Shown in pieces: positions 56,597 through 64,000 of a stretch of DNA of 64,000 nt; within the stretch, counting starts at the first letter, position 1, and each line of letters starts with the position of its first letter. Source of the DNA: Longimicrobiales bacterium (lineage in GTDB: Bacteria; Gemmatimonadota; Gemmatimonadetes; Longimicrobiales; Gaopeijiaceae); contig CBDFMQ010000002.1 of assembly GCA_965249725.1 (NCBI GenBank), positions 32,001 through 96,000 of the forward strand, in the 5' to 3' direction. Position numbers and translations under genes: made by a program. A model generated the notes under the pieces. The model was not told the origin of the DNA. It worked only from the letters and a program-made list of their open reading frames with translations, and ran no database searches.

Positions 56597-58135
56597 ATGC
56601 GCTACGCACAGCGACCGGGGGTTCCCGGAGTGCCCGAATTGGCCTTTGCCGGGATTAACCTGATGGCTGGCGCGGCCGCGGGCTCGATCCTCCGCCTGGC
56701 GGCGGTCGCCCTGACGGCCCTCGCGGGAATCGCTTTGACCGCCCCAAGCGCCCGAGCCCAGGTGACCTGCTTCGGCGACCCGACCTGCGTCCAGCCGGTC
56801 ACGGGCTACCCCATCGGCCGGCCCGGAACGCCCAACATCGAGGTGGTCTCGCACCTTCCCCTGCCCGGCGTGCCGTTCAGCCACACCGACATCGAGATCG
56901 AGCAGGACATGTCGCGGCCCTTCGTATACATCGCGCAGGGTTACGGTTCATCGGGCTTCTACGCCCTCAGCACCGAGGATCCGGAGAGGCCGCGGGTGCT
57001 GTATCGGTGGACGATCGACAACCCGGACCTGCACCTCGGCTCGGGCTGTAAGGACATCAAGTACGCCAAGGCCGAGGGGCGCTACTACGTGATTATATCC
57101 TGTCAGTTCGCGCAGGGGGGACCGGACGCCGAGCTGGGCGCGATCCTCTTCGACGTTACGGGGCTGCCGGATGGGTCAACGGTTCGCAAGGTCGCGGAGC
57201 TACGACTTCCGGACATGCCCTTGGGTTTCCATAACATCTTCGCCTACCGGCACTCCAACGGCCGTTCTCTGCTCCTTGCGACCACCAATTCCGAAGACGC
57301 CTTCATCTACGACATCGCGCAGCTGGCGGCGGGTGTCACGGACCCGGTCTCCGCGATCGCCGTCCCGGAGGCTTCGTGGGTTCCAGCCCAACCAGGAGCC
57401 GGCGGGGCGCGACCTGCCGGCCGAATGAATCAGTGGCACGACATGTACACCGGGTATCTGCCCGAGGCAGCCCAGGATCGCTTCTACGGCGCCGGGGCTG
57501 GCGGCTTCCACGTTTTCGACATGACCGACGTGGAGAACCCGAGACTGCTCACGTCCGTTACGGGAATCCCCGGGGTCGAGAACGGACACACCTTCACTCC
57601 AACGCCAGACGGTCGGTACGCTCTCGGCATGCCCGCGCCGACGTATCAACATTCGCCCGTGCGCTTTTTTGATCTTCGGCCTCCGGGCTCAGAGGGACAG
57701 ACGCCCAACATCGTCCGAGGCTCAGGCATCGGAGCCTGGATCCCGAAGTTCGGGGGCGCGACTCACAACCACGAGATCCGTTGGCCGTACGTTTTCATCT
57801 CCGCCCAGGATGACGGGCTCCAGATTGTGAACATGGCCGACCCCACGCGGCCGTTCACGGTCGGGTACTACCACACCCGACAGGGCCCCATGCTTCACGA
57901 TCCCCTGGGCCGGAACCCGTCACAGGCAACCACCGGCTACATCTACAACGGTGCGTGGGGCGTGGACATCCGGAACGAAGACGGCCTCATTGTGGTGAGC
58001 GACCAGAATTCCGGCTTCTGGGCGTTCCGCCTGGAGGGGTTTCAGGGATGGAACGGGAACAACTGGGGGATGCCGAACATCTCGAGCGCACAGTACTGGG
58101 ACGATGGTCCGGTGAGGCCAGAGCAAATCTGGTAG
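56597..58135 (+). CDS. Secreted LVIVD/choice-of-anchor-B-like beta-propeller, paralogue 2
   Basis: NIEVVSHL, FHNIF, WHDMY, GHTFTPTPD, THNHEIRWP, AWGVDIRN, WGMPNISS. Confidence 0.85.
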   Translation: MRYAQRPGVPGVPELAFAGINLMAGAAAGSILRLAAVALTALAGIALTAPSARAQVTCFGDPTCVQPVTGYPIGRPGTPNIEVVSHLPLPGVPFSHTDIEIEQDMSRPFVYIAQGYGSSGFYALSTEDPERPRVLYRWTIDNPDLHLGSGCKDIKYAKAEGRYYVIISCQFAQGGPDAELGAILFDVTGLPDGSTVRKVAELRLPDMPLGFHNIFAYRHSNGRSLLLATTNSEDAFIYDIAQLAAGVTDPVSAIAVPEASWVPAQPGAGGARPAGRMNQWHDMYTGYLPEAAQDRFYGAGAGGFHVFDMTDVENPRLLTSVTGIPGVENGHTFTPTPDGRYALGMPAPTYQHSPVRFFDLRPPGSEGQTPNIVRGSGIGAWIPKFGGATHNHEIRWPYVFISAQDDGLQIVNMADPTRPFTVGYYHTRQGPMLHDPLGRNPSQATTGYIYNGAWGVDIRNEDGLIVVSDQNSGFWAFRLEGFQGWNGNNWGMPNISSAQYWDDGPVRPEQIW

Positions 58136-58257
58136 GCCCGTTACATCGACCAGCACTGGACCATTCTGCCTGACGCCTCAAGCCTGCACCCGGCTTCCGC
58201 CGGACCGCAGGATTGTGAACGCTTTGAGCATGGCGGCCCCTGCGCACTAGTGCCTGA

Positions 58258-58335
58258 CCCAGGTGGAGGATTGAACCCTCCCGGTCCAGCACGAGCTCAG
58301 CCGTGCCGCTCCCGTCCGCCCGCTTGGCCCACAGA
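58258..58335 (-). pseudogene. Short remnant of a TolB-like propeller blade
   Basis: Minus-strand LWAKRADGSGTAELVLDREGSI resembles the PD40-type blades appended to Ser/Thr kinases; no start or full ORF. Confidence 0.4.
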
Positions 58336-58713
58336 TCACGCTGTCCTGAACGATTCGATGTAAACGTCAGGGTTGCTCGCCAGACTCCGCAGACGCGCCA
58401 CCGGGTCCTGAGACCTTGTCAAAACTGGACTTGGGCATGTTCGATGTGGTTCTTTCCCTTCAGGGGTACCTCCTGACACTTGATGCCCGCACTGCTCACC
58501 GCCCAACCTCAGCAGTGAGGCAGGCGGTCCTCGACACGGCTCTGCTTGCGATTGGGCTCTCCAGTCTCGACCTGGGCGATCTCTTTTCGGGGCCATGTCT
58601 CGTGTGCCGACTGATCCTGCAGCGGATCTGCGTCAGAAGCTCGACGGACTACACCTCGGTACGCCACGTGATGATCAAGTTTTAGCCCTGGTGTCAGGGT
58701 GGCCCCATCGACC

Positions 58714-59220
58714 TCAGGACCCTTCCTCGACCACACGTGCGTCCGATTCGTGCGACTGGACGATCTTCCAGACCCCACCCTCACTCCGCCAGACCGCCGA
58801 AAAGCTGCGGTCGCGAAGTGGCCGGGCATTCCCCTCAATGTCCTTCGAAACGTATCGATAGATGCCCATGAAGGCCGCTCCGTCCCGCCCCATAGGAATG
58901 ACGCGTGCGTCGATCCACTCCCCCTCGAAGGAGGTCATCCCCCTGGTGAAGGCCCCGAAGTAGCCCTCTCGAACCGCCTCCCGATCAGCGTAGATGAACG
59001 CCGCCTCCGCGTAGGTCAGGTCTTCCCGCTCCGTGAAGTGCTCCATCACGCGGTCCACGTCCAGGGCCCGGTGGGTATCCAGGAACGACTCGGCCCTCGC
59101 TAAAACCTCCGCCTCGATTCCGGCTTTCTCGTCAGCGGTGAGGGCGGAGGGCGACGGGGGAGCGCAGGCCCCCAGCAAGGCAACCAGCACGAACGCCAAC
59201 GACAATGATCTTCTCTGCAT
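58714..59220 (-). CDS. NTF2/SnoaL-like (DUF4440-type) lipoprotein
   Basis: Lipobox LGAC; ALDVDRVMEHF..FSAVWRSEGGVWKIVQSHES; SD GGAGG. Confidence 0.85.
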   Translation of the reverse strand: MQRRSLSLAFVLVALLGACAPPSPSALTADEKAGIEAEVLARAESFLDTHRALDVDRVMEHFTEREDLTYAEAAFIYADREAVREGYFGAFTRGMTSFEGEWIDARVIPMGRDGAAFMGIYRYVSKDIEGNARPLRDRSFSAVWRSEGGVWKIVQSHESDARVVEEGS

Positions 59221-59266
59221 ACTGCCTCCTATCCGTGGAGACGGAACCCGGTGGGGATATCTGCCC

Positions 59267-60682
59267 TCATTCGGAGATAGGCCTCTGCACCCCATCAGGA
59301 CCGTTGTCCCAATCCTGCACGCTCGAGTTGTTGGGCATCCCCCAGTCATGGCCGTTCCAGCCGTCGAACCCGTCCATCTTGAAGACCCAGAAGCCTGTCT
59401 TCATGTCACTTGTGACAATAACTCCGTCCACGTTGCGTACATCGACGCCCCAAGCCCCGTCGTACACATCCCATGTGAAGTTGCCTGTGAGAGTCATGTC
59501 CTGACCCTTATCGTTGACGCCAGGATAGGTGTCGTAGTAGGCCACGGTGTACGGGTTCGTGGGGTCCATCATGTTGAACACCGAGAGACCCGTCACGTAG
59601 CCCGAGACGAAAACGTACGGCCAGCGCACTTCGTGGTTGTGGGCTACCGTCTCCCAGTCCGCATGCCAAGCTCCAATCGGCCGGTTGATGTTGACGACCT
59701 CACCCCGAGACGCGGACTCGAGCCCCTCCTTCATGTCGAAGATGCGCAGCGGCTGGTATTGCCATTCCGCTTCGCCCACCGCGTAGCGGCCGTCCGGTGT
59801 GGGCGTGAAGGTGTGTCCCCAGTTGAAGCCCGGCACATGGGTGATGGTGAGCAGGAGGTTGGGCTCCTCGGGGCGTGAAATGTCCCACACGTAATAACCT
59901 CCTCCCCCTCCGCCGTAGAACCTATCCTGCTGGGTAGCCGGATCGAAGCCCGCGTAGAGATCGTGATACCCCGTGGAGCGGTTCGCCGGATCGGGCGGAA
60001 CTCCAATGGTGCCGATGTATCCCTGGTCCGGGTCCCCAGCCAGGAATCTCCCCATGTCGAACATTTTGGCACCCTGGTGCGTCGCCAGGAGGATGGGTCG
60101 CCCGTCGGAGTGCTTGTACATGAAGATGTTGTGGAACCCGCCGCCACCCTCTGGACGGATGCGGCCCACCTCGCGGACTTTGGACCCGTCCGGGAGCCCG
60201 GTCACGTCGAGCACGATAGCGGCCACGTCGGAATCCGGTCCGCCTGGTCGGAAGAAGACGCCCTGGACGAGATAGTATCTTCCGTCGTGCTTGAAGTACT
60301 TCGAGTCCTGCCCGCCGCCTTGGTGGAGCTCCACGTTCTCGATCCGCCACTCGTGGATGACCTCGGCATTCTCCGGATCCTCGAGATTGATCACGTCGAA
60401 GCCCCCCACACCCCTCCGGGTCACGTAGGCGTAGGGCCGGTCCTCGTCCTGCTCGAGCTCGACGTCGGATATGCCGAGCACTTCCGAGCCCGAACCCACT
60501 TCGCCGATCTCGGTGCCGAGCGTGAGGTGCGAGAGAATCTGGATGTTGCTGCTCCCCCGCTGTCCAGGTTGGCGTGGATACGTCACGTCCACCTGGGCGA
60601 GGACACCGGCAGGGAGGACGACAGCGAAGGAAATGACCAGGGCAAGTCCTGTCCAAAGGGTCGACTCCGCTTTGTGCGACAT
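59267..60682 (-). CDS. Secreted LVIVD/choice-of-anchor-B-like beta-propeller, paralogue 3
   Basis: FHNIFMYKHSDG, YHDLY, GHTFTPTPD, AHNHEVRWP, AWGVDVRN, ends QRPISE. Confidence 0.88.
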   Translation of the reverse strand: MSHKAESTLWTGLALVISFAVVLPAGVLAQVDVTYPRQPGQRGSSNIQILSHLTLGTEIGEVGSGSEVLGISDVELEQDEDRPYAYVTRRGVGGFDVINLEDPENAEVIHEWRIENVELHQGGGQDSKYFKHDGRYYLVQGVFFRPGGPDSDVAAIVLDVTGLPDGSKVREVGRIRPEGGGGFHNIFMYKHSDGRPILLATHQGAKMFDMGRFLAGDPDQGYIGTIGVPPDPANRSTGYHDLYAGFDPATQQDRFYGGGGGGYYVWDISRPEEPNLLLTITHVPGFNWGHTFTPTPDGRYAVGEAEWQYQPLRIFDMKEGLESASRGEVVNINRPIGAWHADWETVAHNHEVRWPYVFVSGYVTGLSVFNMMDPTNPYTVAYYDTYPGVNDKGQDMTLTGNFTWDVYDGAWGVDVRNVDGVIVTSDMKTGFWVFKMDGFDGWNGHDWGMPNNSSVQDWDNGPDGVQRPISE

Positions 60683-60729
60683 TTTGTTACCTCCGGTCGT
60701 TTCCTGTCCCGGCGATGAGGCGCTGCACG

Positions 60730-62121
60730 CTAGTCCGAGATCGGCCGCTGCAGGCCATCGGGACCGTTGTCCCAGTCCTGCACGCTCGAGATGTTGGGCA
60801 TCCCCCAGTCGTGGCCGTTCCAGCCGTCGAACCCGTCCATCTTGAGGGCCCAGAACCCCGTCGTGATGTCACTGATGACGATTAGCCCGTCGACGTTGCG
60901 GACATCGACGCCCCAGGCTCCGTCGTATACTCCCCAGGTGAAGTTCCCCCCTCGGGTGAAGTCCTGCCCCTCGTCGTTCTTTCCGGGATACGTGTCGTAG
61001 TACGCCACCGTATACGGGTTCGTGGGGTCCATCATGTTGAACACTGAGAGGCCCGTCACATACCCCGACACGAAAACGTATGGCCAGCGAACCTCGTGGT
61101 TATGCGCCACCGTCTTCCAATCCGCATGCCACGCCCCGATCGGTCGGTTGATGTTGAGGAGGTCGCCTCGGGACGCAGCTTCGAGCCCCGGCGTCAGGTC
61201 GAAGATACGGAGCGGTTGGTACTGCCACTCCGCCTCACCCACGGCGTAGCGGCCATCGGGTGTCGGTGTGAAGGTGTGACCCCAATTGAACCCCGACACT
61301 CCCGTGATGGTAATCAGGAGCGTCGGGTTCTCGGGCATCGAGATGTCCCATACGTAGTAGCCGCCTCCCCCACCACCGTAGAACTTGTCCTGTTGGGTGG
61401 TCGGGTCGAAGCCCGCGTAGAGATCGTGGTAGCCGGTCGAGAGGTTGCCTGGATCCGGCGGGACGCCGATGGTGCCGATCAATCCCTGATCCTCGTCACC
61501 GGCCAAGAAGCGGTCCAGGTCGTACATTCTGGCTCCCACCTTGGTGACGATCAGAATGGGCCGGCCGTCGGAGTGCTTGTAGGTGAACATGTTGTGGAAG
61601 CCACCCAGGGCGTCGGCGGCCCTGATGCGACCCACCTCCCGGATGGTGGAGACGTCGGGCAATCCGGTCACGTCGAAGACGATGGCGCCCACATCCGCGT
61701 CCGGCCCTCCCTGGCGGAACTGAACCGACTGAATGAAATAGTAGCGACCGTTGGACTTGAAGTACTTCGCGTCCCTTCCTCCGCTACCCTGGTGGAGCTC
61801 GGGGTTCTCGATCCGCCAGCGGTAGACGACCTCGGCGTTCTCCGGATCCTCGAGGCTGATGAGATCGAAGCCCGTGTGCATACCGCTTCGCACCACGTAC
61901 GCATACGGTCTTTCGGCGTCCTGCTCGACTTCGATGTCTGCGACCGTCCCCAGTCCCAACGGCAGGTGTGAGAGAATTTCAACGTTCCGGCTTCCCGCCT
62001 CACCCGGCATCCTGGGATAGGTCGGGGCCTCTTGGGAAAGGGCACGGGACGGCGGAGTCGCCGCGAGCGCGATGGCGAGGAACGTGCCAAGCCGGGTGAT
62101 CGCATGTGGTTTCAGCAGCAT
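60730..62121 (-). CDS. Secreted LVIVD/choice-of-anchor-B-like beta-propeller, paralogue 4
   Basis: Same motifs (FHNMF, YHDLY, GHTF, AHNHEV); ends QRPISD. Confidence 0.88.
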   Translation of the reverse strand: MLLKPHAITRLGTFLAIALAATPPSRALSQEAPTYPRMPGEAGSRNVEILSHLPLGLGTVADIEVEQDAERPYAYVVRSGMHTGFDLISLEDPENAEVVYRWRIENPELHQGSGGRDAKYFKSNGRYYFIQSVQFRQGGPDADVGAIVFDVTGLPDVSTIREVGRIRAADALGGFHNMFTYKHSDGRPILIVTKVGARMYDLDRFLAGDEDQGLIGTIGVPPDPGNLSTGYHDLYAGFDPTTQQDKFYGGGGGGYYVWDISMPENPTLLITITGVSGFNWGHTFTPTPDGRYAVGEAEWQYQPLRIFDLTPGLEAASRGDLLNINRPIGAWHADWKTVAHNHEVRWPYVFVSGYVTGLSVFNMMDPTNPYTVAYYDTYPGKNDEGQDFTRGGNFTWGVYDGAWGVDVRNVDGLIVISDITTGFWALKMDGFDGWNGHDWGMPNISSVQDWDNGPDGLQRPISD

Positions 62122-62320
62122 CTGGCACCTCCGGATCTTTATGCGGCCTACGCACGGTCCGTATCATCTCGCCATCTCGGCGAGGAGCACCGGGGCGATG
62201 ACACCGGCCGGCGAATGGCGGGTGCCTCGGTTGATTGGAGAAGCACCGCACAGTCCTCCCACGGCGCTCTCCCTGCTTCCGCTGACGAAGACGAGCCACT
62301 CCGTCGTTGCTAGATTTCCG

Positions 62321-63721
62321 CTACGAGATCGGCCTCTGGACCCCATCGGGACCATTGTCGTAGTCCTGTACACTCGAGCTATTGGGCATGCCCCAGTCCG
62401 CTCCGTTCCAGCCGTCGAATCCGTCCATGCGAATGGCCCAGAAGCCCGTCGTCATGTCACTGATGACGATGAGTCCGTCATGGTTTCGCACGTCCACGCC
62501 CCACGCGCCGTCGTAGATGCCCCAGGTGAAGTTCCCGCCACCGCTGGGGTTCCCCATGCTTCCCGCGTTATGGGGTCCGTCGAATGTGTCGTAGTAACCC
62601 GCCGTATAGGGGTTCGTCGGGTCCATCATGTTGAACACAGAGAGGCCCGTCTCGTAGCCTGAGACGAATACATAAGGCCAGCGCACTTCATGATTGTGGG
62701 CCACGGTTTCCCAGTCGGGGGTCCACGCTCCTATGGCTCGGTTGATGTTGAGCATGTCACCGCGGGCCGCCGCCTGGTTGCCCGGCCCCAGATCGAAGAC
62801 CCGTAGGGGCTGGTACTGCCACTCGGCCTCGCCGATCGCATACCGCCCGTCAGGAGTCGGCGTGAACGTGTGTCCCCAGTTGAACCCCGCCACACCGGTG
62901 ATGGTGAACAGGATCTCGGGATCCTCCGGCCGGGAGATATCCCATACGTAGTAGCCGCCCCCACCCGCGCCGTAGAACCGGTCCTGCTGCGTGGTCGGAT
63001 CGAACATGGCGTACAGGTCGTGGTAACCCGTGGACAGATCTCCCGGGTTCTCCGGAACGCCGATGGTGCCCATGAGTCCCTGATCGTCGGCACCCGCCAC
63101 GAACTCCCCCAGGTCGTACAGCTTTGTACCGCTCGAGGTGGCGAAGAGAATGACCCTGCCGTCCGAGTGCTTATAGATAAAGATGTTATGAAAGCCCCCC
63201 GGAGCATCCGGCACGCTGAAGCGCCGGACTTCACGGACCCGCGAGACGTCGGGAAGGTCGGTCACGTCGAAGACGATACCTGCGATCTCCGAATCGGGAC
63301 CGCCGCTCCTGAACTGTGTGGACTGCAGGTAGTAATAGCGGTCGTCGATCTTGAAGTACTTCCCGTCGACCGCTCCCCTACCCTGATGGAGTGGAGAGTT
63401 TTCGATCCGCCACTCGTAGATGATCTCGGCGTTGTCCGGATCCTCAAGATTGATGATGTCGAAGCCGGTCTCAAAGAGGCGGGAGACGTAGGCGTAAGGG
63501 CGCTCCGGATCCTGCTCGAGCTCGATGTCACCCGTAGTGTATTTTCCGCCGAGCGTCAGGTGAGCAAGGACCTCGACGTTGGTACTCCCCTGGAGCCCCA
63601 AGGGCCTGGGTTGTGTTGCCGACGTCCGACCACCCGACGTTTGAGCGAACGCGCCAACGGCAGAGACGCTCAGCGTCACCAGAACCCACACTCCGATCGA
63701 CCAAGACCGTCTTCCAAACAT
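62321..63721 (-). CDS. Secreted LVIVD/choice-of-anchor-B-like beta-propeller, paralogue 5
   Basis: Same motifs; SD GGAGG; ends QRPIS. Confidence 0.88.
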   Translation of the reverse strand: MFGRRSWSIGVWVLVTLSVSAVGAFAQTSGGRTSATQPRPLGLQGSTNVEVLAHLTLGGKYTTGDIELEQDPERPYAYVSRLFETGFDIINLEDPDNAEIIYEWRIENSPLHQGRGAVDGKYFKIDDRYYYLQSTQFRSGGPDSEIAGIVFDVTDLPDVSRVREVRRFSVPDAPGGFHNIFIYKHSDGRVILFATSSGTKLYDLGEFVAGADDQGLMGTIGVPENPGDLSTGYHDLYAMFDPTTQQDRFYGAGGGGYYVWDISRPEDPEILFTITGVAGFNWGHTFTPTPDGRYAIGEAEWQYQPLRVFDLGPGNQAAARGDMLNINRAIGAWTPDWETVAHNHEVRWPYVFVSGYETGLSVFNMMDPTNPYTAGYYDTFDGPHNAGSMGNPSGGGNFTWGIYDGAWGVDVRNHDGLIVISDMTTGFWAIRMDGFDGWNGADWGMPNSSSVQDYDNGPDGVQRPIS

Positions 63722-63783
63722 TGAACCACCTCCGCCCGATGAGTTTCCCCCTCCAACGCCCCCTCCCTCTGCACCGCGGGGTC

Positions 63784-64000
63784 CTACGAGACGGGCCTCG
63801 GAACGGGACCGTTATCCCAATCCTGGACACTCGAGATGTTGGGCATGCCCCAATCCTCTCCATTCCATCCTTCGAATCCGTCCATCTTCATGATCCACAG
63901 GCCCGTGATGAAGCTACTCACCACGATGGTGCCGTCTGCGTTGCGCACGTCGACGCCCCAGGCCCCCTGGAAGGTCGTGGCCGGATTGACGAGCGTGCCG
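63784..64000 (-). CDS. Secreted beta-propeller, paralogue 6 (3' end only, runs off right edge)
   Basis: Manual translation: TTFQGAWGVDVRNADGTIVVSSFITGLWIMKMDGFEGWNGEDWGMPNISSVQDWDNGPVPRPVS*. Confidence 0.85.
   Translation of the reverse strand, partial: GTLVNPATTFQGAWGVDVRNADGTIVVSSFITGLWIMKMDGFEGWNGEDWGMPNISSVQDWDNGPVPRPVS

Noticed and set aside
58336..58700. Short ORFs on both strands
   Set aside because: No consistent frame or motif; probably decayed DNA
44554..64000. attR duplicate of the tRNA-Arg 3' end
   Set aside because: No match to ggttcgaatcctgccgggcgc was found downstream by eye, so the right boundary of that element cannot be set
59267..64000. Diversity-generating retroelement behind the propeller variation
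   Set aside because: No reverse transcriptase in the window, and the differences are not adenine-specific

Overview
GC-rich bacterial DNA. The gene content (SusC/SusD-type pairs, many signal-peptide peptidases, plug-only TonB-like proteins, the 'RLNAALxGRYxIERELGEGGMATV' kinase start) looks like Gemmatimonadota; this is an inference from content, not a classification. 1-44.4 kb is mostly peptide and amino-acid scavenging and envelope genes: two M28, one M20 and one S9 peptidase homologue, an amidohydrolase, a class V aminotransferase, a proline racemase-family protein, a TRAP operon, one intact SusCD pair and one broken SusC. Several genes there are relics in which the start of a gene is joined directly to its end (aminotransferase, P450, glyA). 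44.5-54.5 kb is a tRNA-anchored integration hotspot. It holds tRNA-Arg(TCT) followed by a tyrosine integrase and a terminase-small-subunit-like gene, an IS256 remnant fused to a second integrase remnant, and tRNA-Ala(TGC) with a 45-bp duplication of its 3' part 2.6 kb downstream. It also contains a dispersed ~47-bp repeat and five short tandem repeats resembling integrase arm sites. At least six paralogues of a secreted LVIVD/choice-of-anchor-B-like beta-propeller lie between 48.5 and 64 kb; the five complete ones share four invariant His, and four copies form a tandem array running off the right edge. The best candidates for undescribed biology are this propeller family, the repeat-delimited tRNA-Ala islet, the Int+TerS-like mini element, two hydrolase homologues with rewired catalytic motifs, and a shared C-terminal RP(I/V)S tail. 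All calls come from reading motifs by eye; no database searches were run.
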